Part shown: positions 13,321 through 27,480 of the stretch, piece after piece
How positions within the stretch are numbered: position 1 is the stretch's first letter
Layout of the letters: each line of letters starts with the position of its first letter
Source: Eledone cirrhosa
Lineage: Eukaryota
Reading direction: 5' to 3'
Assembly (NCBI GenBank): GCA_964016885.1
Contig: OZ024743.1
Coordinates: forward strand, 173,290,001 to 173,354,000
Length of the DNA: 64,000 bases
Made by a program: the position numbers and the translations under genes
The notes under the pieces: generated by a model
What the model was told of the DNA's origin: nothing
Seen by the model: the letters and a program-made list of their open reading frames with translations, nothing else
The model's database searches: none

Positions 13321-14047
13321 TTATTATTTGTTTTGTGTCTCAACGCAACATTTGGCAGATCGCTTTGTAAGTTTATTGTCTATTCACCTGGTTTTAAACG
13401 TTTTTTTCTAGCAACTTTTGTATTGTTTTGTGGCTAGAGAGCTGGTCAGTTTTCCTCAATCTACAGTTCTTAAAAGCTAAATCTGAGTTCAATTTAAAAA
13501 TGCCTCTCCTTCTCCCCAAAAACATGGTGGAAAAAGAAATTTTATCTGAAGAAATGGAACAGCCAAAGTTCGACTCTGCAAAAGACAACAACTACTACTA
13601 TTACAAATCACATGAAGTAACAGAATTGCAAAAATCTGATACTCACAACAACAAAAAACCTAACTCAATCTAAAAAAAAAACAACAATACTAACACCACA
13701 TCTACAACTACTAGAAATATAAACAACAAAATAACAACAACAAGAACAATAGTGACAACAAACATCATTTGCATCATCAGCTGCAAAAACAGCAGAACTT
13801 TTTGAAATTTGCATCTTAGATTAAGACACATGTTTGGCACAAGCAACCAAATTGATTAAAATTGTACATACTGACTCATGAGCTATTACTGCACAAGCTG
13901 AAGGTGCTGAGGTAATCCAGTGCAAACTAGGATGCAGGAGAGCTGTGTTAGTATATGCCAATGACATCATATACTCCTTCAGAGTAGTGCCACTCACTTT
14001 GATGTGCTCGATGTTCAACACTCCTATATTATTATTATCATTGTTGT

Positions 14048-16950
14048 GCAGTGGGAGGGTATAGGGACATATTGTCTATATGCTTCAGCTTCGGGTTGTA
14101 CCTGTAGGGGGAGTCATGTCTTCTGTATTACAGCGTGACGCCAGAGGTCACGGTCGTGTGTCATCGCCTTTAAGAGGTGTAATTGGGTAAGGTCGGCTTT
14201 TATCACCTCATCCCAGGTCTTCTTGGGTCTCCCCACTCCGCGGTTTCCATCGACTTCTAGTGCTCTGCACCTTTTATGCTTTGCCGTTTGCGTATATTAC
14301 GATTACACATCCATTGGAGCATGCAGGCTTCGTTTCTTTCTAATCTACGCAAGTCTTCCACAGACAGCGCCCAGGTCTCACTACCATGTAACATTGCTGT
14401 TCGTATACACGCATCATACAGTCTGCCTTTCATTTTGAGGGAAAAGCCTTTTGCAGCTAACAATGGCAGTAGCTCCCTGAACTTCTTCAATTCCGTTCTT
14501 ACCCTAGTTATTGTACTTTCCGAACACCCACCTCCTCTGCTAATTCAGTCACCTAGGTAGCAGAAGCTGTCTACTGTTTCTACAGAACCCTCCCAGAGTT
14601 TGGTGGTGCTTGTTTCCTGTGACTGTTTGCTGCTTGCTGTCCCAGCACAGCTGCTACATGTGAAGCCTACATTCTTAATTAAGCTTCCTGAGATCCCGCT
14701 ACATCTCTTGTTTGCATTTGGAGCAGAGAATGGAGTTCCTACCTACACCTTTCCTACATACTGAGCAAGGCCATTTCCCTGAGGGGATCTGGGTTCTGTT
14801 TTCTCGTCTACTTACAAGGACCTTAGTCTTTGTCAAGTTGACTTTGTGACCCTTTCTAGTCCCTGCTTCCAAGTTTGGAATTTCTTCTGTAGTTCTACCA
14901 TAGATTAAGCTATAAGTGCGAGGTCATCCTCATACAGGAGTTCCCATGGGCATCCGGTCTTAAACTCCTCCGTTATTGCCTGCAGAACTATGATGAACAG
15001 GAGAGGGCTAAGAACAGAGCCCTGGTGGACACCGACCTGTATGCTAAATTCTTCGCTATAGTCATTGCTAATCCTAACTTTGCTGACTGCTCCCCTATAC
15101 ATGGGTTGTACAGCTTTCACAAGCCATTCATCTACACCTAGTTTTCTAAGAGCTCACCAGATTATAGCACAGGGAACTCTGTCAAAGGCTTTCTTGAGAT
15201 CGATGAATGCCAGGTAGAGCGGCTTACTTTTAGCTAGGTACTTTTCCTGTAACTGCCTCACAAGAAAGAGGGAATCAGTGGTGCTTCTTCTTGCCACAAA
15301 CCCAAATTGTATCTCATCTAGTTTCACCCGGTCCCGTTACTTTCATGACCTGGTCCATCAGCTTTATACCTCTATAGTTTCCTCTATCTAGTGCATCACC
15401 TTTACCTTTGAAGCAGTTGACAATGATGCTACTGCACCAATCCTTTGGTATGACACCTTCTAGTATTACCTGGTTAACAATATGTGTGGTTATGGTGTGA
15501 CCTACCGACCCAGATGCCTTCAGCATCTCGGCAGCTATACCAGATGGATCGGTTGCCTTCCCCGTCTTCATATCTTTGATTGCCTTACTTACTACGCTGC
15601 TGCTGACTTGTACTGTTGGCCCCTCTATAGGGTCTACTTTGGGTAGGGTCTCTTCTTCCCATGCATTCTCCTCATTTAGTAAACTTTCATAATGGCACTT
15701 CCACGCATCTTTCTTCTCAGCACTTGTGAGGGCAAGCTCATCTTTATCATTCCAGATACACTTCTCTCCAATGACATCACAGTTCTCTCTTGAACACCTC
15801 CTGTTTCTGGTCCTCACGTTGTAATGTACCCTGCTTACCCCGTTCTTCCATTCTTTCCATGCCTGTCTCTTGGCTTTAACTGCCTCATCTACCTTATTGT
15901 TCCACCACCAAGTTACTCTCCTCCTCCCTTTGTTCTTACTTCAGCCACAGATCTCATCCGTCGCCTTTAGTAAGTTATTTTTTAGGAATTCCCAGTGCTG
16001 TTCTACATTGAATGTCTCTATCTGTTCTTCTTTAATGTCATAGGCATTGAGTAAAATATCTTTAAATCTGTTACTGGCTGAGGGGTCTTTCAGCTTCCAG
16101 ATCTTTCTTCTCCAGGTCGGCTTCTGTTTCCAGGTTCGTCTAGTTCTGACCGTGAGGTCACTGACAACTAAGTTATGTTGGGAGGTACATTCCTCACTAG
16201 GGAAGGCTTTTGTGTTTACGACCGTCCATCTGTCACGTCCTCTGATGAGGATAAAATCTATCTGACTAGAATGCTCCCCTGATCTATGGGTGATCAGATG
16301 GTTGTCGGGTTTTTTTGAAGTTTGTGTTACATATCGACATGTCATTGGCGTCGCAGAATTCTTGAAGCCTGAAGCTTTCTTCATTTCTTGTGCCAACCCC
16401 ATGGCCTCCATGGACTCTATAGAAACCGTCACGGTGTTTACCTACGTGTCCGTTAAAACCTGTCTAAGTTCGTCTGGCAATCCCCATTGGGGGTGCGTAA
16501 GCTGATATTATTGTGGTAATTGTTTTATTCAGGACTAGTCTGAGTTTAATGATTCTTGCATTCACCTTGTTCACTGAGATTACCTTATCTACCCATTTGT
16601 CAGCTAGTAGGATACCTACACCACTCATCCCAACGTCATTTCCCATCCAGAAAAATTTGTAGCATTGACTTTTGCCTAGAAGGACTCTAGCAAACTCTCC
16701 TCTCCATCTAGTCTCTTGGACAGAGCATACATCAATTTCCTTTCACTCTAGAAACTCTACGATTTCTCCTGCTCTTCCTTTCATTGTGCTTACATTGATG
16801 GTTCCAATTCGGAGTTTGGGGCATTTGTCAACATTCGTGGGAAAGGGCAAATTTTTGCAGGGGCGTGTGTATGTGCTTCCTGTCTCTGAATTGAAGCTTC
16901 GCATGGGTGCTTGGTAGCTTGTGGATTCATATTCATTTTCATTTATTAAT
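14048..16950 (-). mobile_element. RTE-clade LINE, near full length, decayed; same family as 4494-7190
   Basis: APE and RT fragments (NYRGIKLMDQVMKV, GVHQGSVLSPLLF, MLHGSETW). Confidence 0.9.
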
Positions 16951-17479
16951 TAGACAAGGCGAAATGTTAGGATTTCGAAGGGAATAGATGACTTCGTAGA
17001 GACAGTTAGAGACAGTCATACTGGCCAGTATGGTAAAGACAAGGGTAAAGAATAAATATGTGTTGTGTGGGCCAGCGAAAATACAACAATAATACTAATA
17101 ATAATGTGAGCGGAACATTTGCAATTGGGAAATAGAGGGATACCTGGAAGATATATATGGATGGCTGGAACATGGTTTAGCAGTTCTAATGATTCATTTT
17201 AGGATTTCAGAATCAAGTATGTCTTATCTCTTGAAGAACCTCAAGATACATACATAAACACACACAGGTACAAATACATACCCATACACATATATACACA
17301 TACATATACATATATATAAATAAAAGATATCAATGCATGCATGTACACACACATACACACACACATTCACACATACATACAAGGGGGGATAGCATTCTTA
17401 CAGAGATATTGCTCTTCTCACACACACACACACACACACACAAGGAGGGATAGATTCTTACAGAGATAGTGCTCTTTTC

Positions 17480-19760
17480 AATATGTGTGCAGAAACAATT
17501 TTTTGCACCTTTATCAGAGAGGGTAAACCAGGGATCATTTGCAAATACTGTTCTGTTCCTTTCTTGATCATTCCCAGTGCTCCCACAATCACTGGTATTG
17601 TAACGGCCTTGAGGTGCCACATTTTTTCGATTTCAATAAGCAGATATTTATATTTTCTTAACTTGTCAAATTCTTTTGCTGCGATATTGTGATCACATGG
17701 GATGCTATGTTGGTGTTTTACAATGATATTTGGTCTATTAGCTTTTATGGTCCGGTCAGTATGTACAGGAAAGTCCCAAAGAATTGTTACTTTTTCTCCT
17801 TCAGTTACAGCCTCAGGGTGATGATTGTACCATTTTTCAGCAGCTTTGATTTTATAATGCTGACATCAGTGTAGATATTGGCCAACTCTGTTATGTCTAT
17901 ATTTGTACTGTCATGTCTATATTTCTGCTCCCAGGTTGATGCTAATTGCTCTCGCCCTTTTGCTTTTGCCATTAATTTTATGTGCTTAGCAGCATCAATT
18001 GCAACAGTATCCTTAGTCTGTCCAACCTTGGGTTCAAGCATGAGATCAGTAGCATATTTTTTGCTCTCCTTCAAGATAGAATGAAGCTTCTTACTTCTCT
18101 CATATTTTTCAACAAGTTTCAACATACAGTCGTTTTTTGTTTCAAGGTATATGGCCAGTCCAATGATAGTGGTCTTGTAGGTAACTTCAAATTGGATCAG
18201 GCCATGGCCTCCTTGAGTTCTAGGAAGGTAAAGACGATCCACATCTGCTTTCGGGTGGTGCATCGTATTACAAGTCAGTAACTTACGGATTTTGGTGTCA
18301 ATTCTTTTAATTTCACTCATATTCCAGTTCAACACACCGAAGCTATAATTGAAAACTGGAATGCCAAGGAATTTATGGCTAACACCTTATGGCTAACAAT
18401 TTATGGCTAACATCTAATTTCAGAACTGCGCGTACTCTATTGTAACATTCCTTCCTTATCCACTCTCTCATACTTGCATGCTGAATACCAGAGCCCTCAT
18501 TAATTCCTGCTCAAGTTCTTTTATGACTGTTTCAGCATCTAATTCAACTGAGCTTGAGTTGACAAGCTTCCCTTTCTTGAAAGTGGCTTTGGCACACTTA
18601 TCAAGTCCAAACTCCATCCTGATGTCATCATTAATTTTTTACTGTCCACAAAAGGCTTTTCAGCTCTTTGCAATATAGCTTTAAATCATCCATATAAAAT
18701 AGGTGGCTTATTTTCTTGTTTCAATACCTGTTCTATTAATTTTGGATGTAAGGGGTATTAAAGCTATGCAAAAAAGTAAAGGTGAAAGTGAGTCACCTAG
18801 GAATATGCCACAGTTGGTGTTTATATTCTTAGAACTTAGAACTCCATTGGAATGAAATAATTGGAGACATGTGTTCCACAATGACATTGTGTTTCAGGAA
18901 GTTTGAAATCACAGGTGAGATTTTGAAGATGTGCAGTGATTTCAGAATCCATGAGTGCAGTATGCTGTCAAAAGCTTTTTTGTAGTTGATCCATGCAGAA
19001 CTAAGATTTCTGTGTTTATTATGTCAGTTCTCAAGGATCATACAATTAATCAAGAGTTGATCTTTACAACCATATGAACCTCGTTGGCACCCTTGTTCAA
19101 TGGGGAAAAGATTGTTCTCCTCCATAAACACGTATGCTTTCTCCATGAGAATAGAGGTTAATAGCTTATAAGTGGTGGACAAGCAGGTTATGGGCCGATA
19201 GTTTTTTTAATCCTTAGTTTCATTGTTCTTTGGGAGAAGGTAAGTAAGGCCACTTGCTATCCAGTCAGGTGTATTTTTTGTATCTTTTGGATCATAATTC
19301 CGTTGAACAACTTGACTAATATATTGTGAGTGTACGGGAGTGAGGAAAGCCAGAAATGTGGCACCCTGTCTCTACCAGAAGATTTCCACTTATGAGCTTT
19401 ATTGAGTACTGTCCTGAAGTCTGTTATATAGATGTCTGCCCATGCCTGTCCTTGTAAATTTATGTAGAATTTTTCCAAGCGCTTAATCCAATCTACATTA
19501 GCATTATATGACTTCTCATCACTCCAAATCTTTCTCCAAAAGTTTTCAACTTCTTCTATGGACGGAGGGTCTTCAATAGTTATTTTCTCCTTCCCTATTT
19601 CTTTATAAAATGACTTGGCATTGGATGAGAACAACTTATTTTGCCTGTAGAAGTTGTTTCGCTTCTCAAATCTACGAATTTGTTAGGCTTTTACTTGGAC
19701 TTCTTTTTCAGAGTTTTCTTTGTTGATATTAGTTCTTCTCTAGAAGAAAGTCCATATTTT
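17480..19760 (-). mobile_element. R4/Dong-type non-LTR retrotransposon, decayed
   Basis: FSSNAKSFYK...ENFWRKIW, HHPKADVDRLYLPR..GG.GL; adjacent (ATT)n tract. Confidence 0.8.
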
Positions 19761-19769
19761 CTCTTTAGC

Positions 19770-19820
<51 letters not shown>

Positions 19821-20022
19821 GGCAGTATTGGTAGAGGGTCGAATGCCATGCTTTCCAGCATAGAGTTATGATCCTTTATGCTCTGAGTTTAAATCCCGCC
19901 GAGGTTAACTTTGCCTTTCATCATTACGGGGTCAATACAATAAAGTACCAGTAATGCACTTGGGTCGATTTAATCGACTTCTGCTCCCCCAAATTGTTGG
20001 CCTTGTGCCTAAATCAGAAACC
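19821..20022 (+). mobile_element. MetaSINE-like SINE
   Basis: Homologous to 3888-4075, 23850-24020 and 52288-52470. Confidence 0.8.
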
Positions 20023-20189
20023 ATTCTTTTTTTTTTTTTTTCTTGGAGTCTCAGTTCTATTTTCTTGTTATAATTGTTATAATAAACATGACCAAAACCC
20101 ACTTTGCATCATCTTGTACTGTTCTGTGCCGTCTGTAATGTTTTTCTTCGTGTTAGCCCTTGTGGCCAATAAAGAAATCATTATTATTA

Positions 20190-20960
20190 TACCTGCAGGT
20201 ATTCAAGCCGTATAGGAGGGTTCTTGCTGTTCCCAGCAAGCATGCCTTTTGAAGTGTTCCAAAAAAGGGGCTTGGACTAATGTTCTTTAACTATCCTTGG
20301 AAACTTTTTGAGATAGTACCTAGTGCTCCTATGACAATCAGGACAACCTTGATCTCATGACAGTCTCAAATCCTTTTTAATTCCCACTTTAAATCCTTGT
20401 AACAGTTAATTTTCTCCTCCTCCTTTTCTTGCACTCTTGTGTCAAAGGGGCAAGCTACATCTACAATCAGGCACGATCTTTTTTCCTTGTCAAAAACCAC
20501 CAGGTCAGGCCTATTGTGTTCTAATTTCTTGTCCATCTGTATCCTGAAATCTCATAGCACCTTCATTTGATCAACTTTCTATCACCGACTCTGGCTTATG
20601 TTCATACCACTTCTCAGAATGTGGTAAATTGTTTAGTTTGTATAAATGTCAGTGAATCACCTTTCCTATTATAACGTACCTCTGTCCTTTATAGTTAGTC
20701 TGGGCTAGGTGTTTACATTCAGATACAATGTGAGCCACAGTCTCCTCTCTCTCTCTCTCTCCATAGATCCTACACAGTGAGCTAGCCTCTGCCTTGTCAA
20801 TATGGTGTTTCACCCACTTCGTTCTGAGGGCTTGCTCATGTGCAGCCATTAGCATTCCTTCTGTAGCTTTTTTTAAGGTCTCTTTTTAACCAGCTCCATG
20901 TCTGTGGATCTCTGAATTCCATTTTCTTAAAAAAGTTGCTATGAAGAGTTTTTTCCCTGA
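20190..20960 (-). mobile_element. R4/Dong 3' fragment (zinc knuckle and restriction-like endonuclease)
   Basis: AHEQALRT...CRI...ETVAHIVSEC; RPDLVV...IVDVACPFD...EEKI. Confidence 0.8.
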
Positions 20961-21149
20961 AGAGAGATCGCTGAATAAGACTTGACATGTAAACCTTTAT
21001 TCCTCCATTCTTGCCACATGCCTTGACCACCCAAGAAGGTGCTTCATGATCAGTGATTCGATGCTTTGACTGTTGGCTCTTTCCAGGAATTTGTTGATGG
21101 TCAGATAGTGTTCCCATTTGATGTTCAATATTGAACAACATTTTTGCTA

Positions 21150-22870
21150 GTGAAAGCATTCTAATTTTTGGATGTTGCGAGTTCAGGTTTCACAGACATA
21201 TAGCAAGGTTGATAGGACAACAGCACTATAGACCATAATTTTTGTTAAGTTCAGAACTTTGTTGTAGAAAATGCGTTTGATTAGCTTTCCAAATACCCTC
21301 TGTGCAGCTCCAATTCTGTGTTCCACAATATTTTGTAAGGTGCACTTGTTTGAGAAAAGGCTGCTTAGAAATGAAGAATGCTCGACTTGCCAGAGAGGTG
21401 TATGACAGGTGGTAATATCAAAATCTGGGAAAATGGTATTTGGGGCTGGTTGTGCAAGGACTTTGGTTTTCTTGATTGTTTTCTGTAAGGCCAAAGCAAT
21501 GATAGACCCTAACAAAATTGTTCACAGACTTTTGGAGTTCTTTTTAATGATAGATTTGAATGACAGGCAGCATTGTAATCAGCATATTGAAGTTCTGGGA
21601 CATGTTACGTGTGTGTTACACATTTAGATCAAAGTCTACTAAGGTTAAAAAGTCCTCCATCATATCAATATCTAATGTTAACTCCTGAATTGTCTGGAGG
21701 AAGTTCCTGAAGCATTGCAGCCAGATATTAGGAGGATAGCATAGGTGCCAAGAAGCATTCTTGTTTTAGTCCACACGTGATTGGAAATTCTTCTAACAGT
21801 GGGTTTTGGTGGAATACCTGTCCAGAAATATTTTCATACATTGCTTGAACCAAAGAGACAAAATGATGAAGAACCTTCCACATAGTAGTTCTTGGAACGC
21901 TAGCAAAGGCTTTTTCCAAGTTGTAGAAAACAAGGAAAAGGGGTTTTTGTTGTTCTCTGCTTTTATCTTGGAGTTGCCTTGCACAGAAAATCATGTCGAT
22001 TGCGTCACAAGAAGTACGGAATCCACATTGAGATTCTGATAGGATCTTTTTGGCAATGGTCTGGAGCCAATTTAGAAGAATCCTGGTGAAACTTTTCCAT
22101 TGATGGAGAGTAATGATATTCCTCTATAGTTCCCACAGGCTTATCGGTCACCTTTTTTGAAGATCTTTCAGTTCTTTAGGAACTTGTTGGGATTCCCACA
22201 TCTTCGGAATAAGGGTTAAAATGCGGGTTTGCAAGGGTAATTCTCCATGTTTGATCAGTTCTAAGAGGATGTCTTCTGAGCCTTGGGACTTCTTTGATCT
22301 CATTTGCTTCATAGCTTGCTGGAATTCTTGAAAGGCAGGCCTCATCTTCATCCACAGTTCAGGATCATGATTTGGAACATTTCTCAGGAAGTTCTCAGCT
22401 GTGTTCAAGTTTCTATTTAGGAGGGTGAAAAAATGTTCCTTCTAGTGTAGGAGTAGATTGGCCAGAATGTTCAATTAACAGTTGCTACAAGGGATCCAGT
22501 TGATATTCGTACTGGTCCAAATAGTTGTTTTGTTCCAGCATAGAAATTTTTGAGATTAGATGCATCAGCATAGCCCTGAAGTTTGACTGCTTTTTGTTGC
22601 CACCAAATGCTCTGTAGTTGTCTTAGTTTTGTTTAACACACCAGTTTTAGCTTCTGGAAATGTTGTTTTTTTTAGTCTGACTCTTTGGTCTTATTCATGA
22701 GTCAGACAAGAATGCTTTTTTCCTCAATCAGATTGTTGATTTCAATATTGTTTTCATCAAACCAATCCTGATTTTTGTTTTTGGTGAAGCTGATGATAAT
22801 GTTTGCTGTTTCTGTGACTGTATCATGAACGGGTCTCTATTCTTCATCAACAGATTGGTCGTTTAGGTGG
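21150..22870 (-). mobile_element. RTE-BovB-like LINE fragment
   Basis: NYRGISLL, MIFCARQLQDKSREQQKPLFLVFYNLEKAF, LLYVCET. Confidence 0.8.
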
Positions 22871-22896
22871 TTGATGTTTCATTGTTATTTTTTTTA

Positions 22897-22932
<36 letters not shown>

Positions 22933-22982
22933 AGATGATTGGGTGAATTACTGGTGGTGGTACAAAAGCAAGCACTCTGAGG

Positions 22983-23258
22983 ATATATATTAAAAAAAAA
23001 GATGAAGTTTCATTTACATGTATTTAGATTTTTATTGTGTATTGACCTGTTTCGCAGAGGATTGGCTCAGAGTCACTCATGATATATTTTTTGTCACATC
23101 GCTAGTCTGAAGAGCAGATCGATAATGGAGTCAAGTCCATAACTCCTATGGGTGACCCTGAGCCAATCCTCTACAAAACGCACATAACAGGTCGATACAC
23201 AATAACAATTTAAATACATGTAAATTAAATTTCATCTTTTTTTTTAATATATATATAT
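22983..23258. repeat. ~100-bp inverted repeat with HHR-like half motifs
   Basis: 22983-23080 is the reverse complement of 23148-23258; CTGAAGA-gcaga in the spacer; tctgc-GAAA-cag-GTC in the left arm (minus strand). Confidence 0.75.
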
Positions 23259-23267
23259 ATATGTTAA

Positions 23268-23828
23268 AGGCCATAGTATCTAGAATACGGACAGGTTGGA
23301 AGAAGTTTAGGGAGCTGCTTCCTCTGTTGACAAAGAAGGGTTTCTCCCTGTGAACAAAAGGCCGGTTGTATGCGTACGAAAGGACGGTTATATGATTCCT
23401 GTGTGAGATACGCGATGCTGCATGGTAGTGAGACATGGGCAGCAACTGCAGAGGATATGCGACGGCAGAAGAGAAATGAAGCAAGCATGCTCCATTGGAT
23501 GTGCAATGTCAATGTGCGTAAATGACCAAGAATAGACGAGTTGAGAAAGTTGTGGTGTGCAGGAGAGAAGGCTGAGATGGTATGGACATGTGATGTGCAT
23601 GGAGGATGACCGCTGGGTAAAGAAGTGCCAAGAAATCCCAGTTGAATAAAGATGCAGTAGAGGAAGACCACGAAAAACATAGATGGAGGTGGTGAGAGCA
23701 GACCTCAGATCACTGAAGCTCACGGAGGAGATGACGAAGGACCGTGACACGTGGAGAGATGCTGTGCTGAATAGGACCCGTCCCAACCTTGCAAGCAGGG
23801 AAAAGCAGACATAGAATGATGATGATGA
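23268..23828 (+). mobile_element. RTE LINE 3' fragment with (GAT)n tail
   Basis: WKKFRELLPLL, MLHGSETW, LRWYGHV read on the + strand. Confidence 0.85.
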
Positions 23829-23849
23829 TATATATCATCATTATCATTC

Positions 23850-24020
23850 GGTATCGGTAGAGGGACAGACGCCATGCTTTGCAGCATAGTTACGTCCCTT
23901 TACGGACTGAGTTCAAATCCCGCTGAGGTTAACTTTGCCTTTCATCCTTACGGGGTCGATAAAATAAAGTACCAGTAATGCACTGGGTAATTGCTGGCCT
24001 TGTGCCTAAAGTAGAAACAA
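23850..24020 (+). mobile_element. MetaSINE-like SINE
   Basis: Homology to the other copies. Confidence 0.8.
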
Positions 24021-25558
24021 TTATCATCATCATTGTTTAATGTCCATCTTCCCTGACAGCAAGAGTTGGATGGATATTCAAAGACCAAGACAGTACTCAA
24101 ATGTACATGATTTAACAGAAGCTGTATAAATATGTAAATACATTTTTAAAAAACACATTTTCACTTGTTAGTGTGTTTACTTACACAATCTGCTCCTTTT
24201 GGTGTCCTTAGGCTTCCTATTGAAACTAAAAGCCATCCAAGAACCCGGTAGTATGTTAAAACATGTGGTGTATTAGTTTTGGTATCCAAACTAAATGTGA
24301 TTTTATGGGGCCCATTGACTCCAAGTTCTAGGTGTTTTATTCTGTTACTTTTAAGTGCATGATACATATATCTTATGTAGTTAGCACTTAATGCTAAAAT
24401 ACTTAATGAGCACTTAAAAAGGAAGCCTTCATTTTACATCTGGCCTCTGGCTGTTACCAGCTTTGCACAGGCAACAATTCCTTGGTAGTTGCCAAGTTAA
24501 ATATTGTACTGTTTCTGTACAGATATATATATATATTTAACAATGTCATTCAAATTTTTACTCAAAACTTCAAAACATTTATAATAATAGCACAGAACTT
24601 ATATTTCTGTTGTGTTGAATCTGTGATTCTTAACCTTTTCTGCTTCATGACACCTCAGACAGTTTGATGTCCTCCTCAACATGAAAAAAACATGCTTGTT
24701 TTAAAAATGAGATACTGCAGAATTTAGAAAAATTTCCCCCGAAATATTAAAATTCCCCCCGCTGTGAGGCATGTGCCCACATTTAGAATGACTGTATTAA
24801 ATGACTGGAGACAATGTTCTAGTTTCTATTCTTGATAATTATTTTTCTAGAAATGTTTGTCTGATATTTTTAATCTTTGACTAGTTAAACAGATGACACA
24901 AACAGAATAAAGTGTTGCTCAACTGCTAGAAATGGCAGCCAAATCTCTCCTTAATTACACTCTACCATCTTAGAAAAGGAAGGGCACATTAGATAATATA
25001 AGTCCTAGATGTGCAATGCTTAAGAAAAGAAAAAGATGATCATGGTTTGAAAACCTTTGATCATCGGTCTGCTCAATCAAGAATGACCTGGGTTTAAACA
25101 TCACAACCTGGTCCTTAGGTGATTCAATCATAGGTCAATCAGAAATGACCTGGGGCTAAAGAATATTGTCACAACTTGGTCCTTGGGTCTTTTTTAATGG
25201 AGTTTATTCTATTGAATAATCATTAGACCAGATTCCTGATTCCTCCACCCTGCCTCCTTCCCAAAAATTGACCATCTGATATTTTCAGATTTTCAGACTG
25301 GATTTTCTCCAAAAGGAAGGCTTGCAATAACCATGGTCACTACCCTCTCTTCCCTGATTAACTTATATATATAAAGAGAGTAGTAGACTTCTGGCAGGCT
25401 GTGAACAGACTTCCCAATTGTTGACATTTCACATATCTTACATTGCTAATACTTTTGGAAATGGCATGAACATCACACAATTTCAACTGTAAACCATATA
25501 ATAAACTACTGACATATTCACAGTGTTTGGTTTTGATGTTGTGATGTATACTATAAGA

Positions 25559-25992
25559 CAGGGGTGGGCAAACATTTTGGATCAGGGGCCACATTGACTG
25601 GGTCATGAACACCAGAGGGCTGCACCATTTATTATTGGATATAGTGTGCCAGTAACCTTACTTTTCTTCAGTTAGAATTTAGAAAATAGAAAATATAAAC
25701 TGCAGCATTATAATACATAAATTAATAAAATGATTAAATACAAAAATCTTAAAACGTTTTCATTTAATTTGTGTCTGTACATCACAAAACAAAATGGTTA
25801 CTCCTGCCCTCTGTCTCTCTGCTCTCTCTTGTACAAAAACGTAACTAGATCTAGTCACGGCTTAAGTATTATATACAAAAATTTATTTTTTTATTATTAT
25901 TTTTTATTAATGCGCCGAATGCTTCCACGGCCCACACAAAACTCTTTGGCAGGCCACATTTGGCCCGTGGGCTGTAGTTTTTCCCACCCCTG
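25559..25992. mobile_element. hAT (Charlie-like) MITE
   Basis: TIRs CAGGGGTGGGCAAAC / gtttttcccacccctg; 8-bp TSD ctataaga / ctatagga. Confidence 0.85.
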
Positions 25993-26819
25993 CTATAGGA
26001 CAAAGTTTTAGATTTTCACAGTCACTGCAAGTATAAACAAATTAAAATTTAGACCTATTGGACAGTCATAATGGTTGTCTTTTTGTTAATACAACTTCAC
26101 TGTGACCAGAAAAATAGGAATTGATTGGACTATAGTTTTAAATATTATTACATACTCCTCGAGACTTCACTAAAGCTTAGTGGTTAGAGAGTGAGACTCA
26201 CAATCAATGCGTTATGTCCTTGAGCAAGAGATTTTATTTCAAATTGCTCCTTCTGCCAGGAGTTGCGATAAGTAGATAGTATCAGCAATTAGAAAGACCA
26301 ATAGAAACATTGTTTCTTTGGTCCAATCTGACAAGTTCCACCTCACTCGGTAAGCAAATGAGGCCCTTGTCTTCTTAGCAACTACCTACTTTATTCTTAA
26401 CTAAACACTGAAAGTATATTTAAAACCACTATTATCAAGCACTTTATAAAACCTGGTACACTGATTTGAATATTTGATGCATTCTTGGTAGTTAGTTTGA
26501 TTACCAGTATTTGTTTTGGATGCTATAGTACACTATAATAAAATACAATAGATTTTAGCTGTCACTGCTAAACAGAATAAATTAGATACATTGGATGACA
26601 ACAGCATTTATGACAGCCCAATGTATCTAATTCATTTTCATTAGTTTATACATGTAGTGACTGTTAAACTCTATAGGTTTATCTACAGCATCTAAACCAT
26701 ATATAAAAATTGATAATTTTATATAAAAATTGATCATTTTTGTTTGCTTTAAATAAAGAATTCTTCAAGTTTTACCAAAAGAAACTTAATATACATTTTT
26801 GTTTCTTATTATATTATAG

Positions 26820-26923
26820 CTGCAATAGATATTCCATCTTCAAAAAAGAAAAGCGGAAAACTAGGAAATGGTAGAAAGACACTGCGGTTACATTCTACTG
26901 GACCTGCCACAATAGAATCGATG
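26820..26923 (+). CDS. GIPC: GIPC-family gene, next internal exon (PDZ-GH2 linker)
   Basis: tattatAG acceptor, GTaagt donor; phase matches the previous exon; encodes AIDIPSSKKKSGKLGNGRKTLRLHSTGPATIESM, similar to GIPC1 GTGRGTLRLRSRGPATVE. Confidence 0.9.
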
Positions 26924-27099
26924 GTAAGTATATGTGTTTTGTGTTATAGACTTCTATCATTACTACTAAACTAGTCAACTCTACTACCAGTATTGAGTTT
27001 CTACAGTAAATGCTATTTATAATTATATTGTTTAGCAATCTTTCCACTGCAAAACATTTTCTTTTGTAATTTTGCCAATTTACTGTCTTACAAAGTTTA

Positions 27100-27480
27100 C
27101 TGAGAGGGTTGTATATGCATACTTGAGGTGAAAATGCAGACCATAGAAGGGATAAACCACACTAAAAGTCTGACTTGGAGTTCGGACAAGTTCGTTACAT
27201 CCCTCCTTGAAGAATACTTCCATGCAATCCAGAATAAGAAATCCTTACTCCAGTATCTATTGCACAAGAGCAGGAAGTCATCAGCTGACAACAAATGTAG
27301 GCTGTGCAAAACAAAGACCGACAATGTTAATCACATTATTGCCAGCTATGAAAGAATGTTTTCTCATTACTACATTCCTATGAAACATGCAGATACAATA
27401 CAAAAAGTACACATTCAGTTCCATACCTATTATTATTGGTATTTAGCAACAAGTATGGACCAAAGTATGACTTAACATGG
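27100..27480 (+). mobile_element. R4/Dong fragment (zinc knuckle region)
   Basis: YFHAIQ...DNKCRLCK...NVNHII. Confidence 0.65.

Noticed and set aside
13380-13680. ORF 13428-13673 as an extra exon
   Set aside because: No GIPC similarity or recognisable domain; possibly a decayed retroelement fragment
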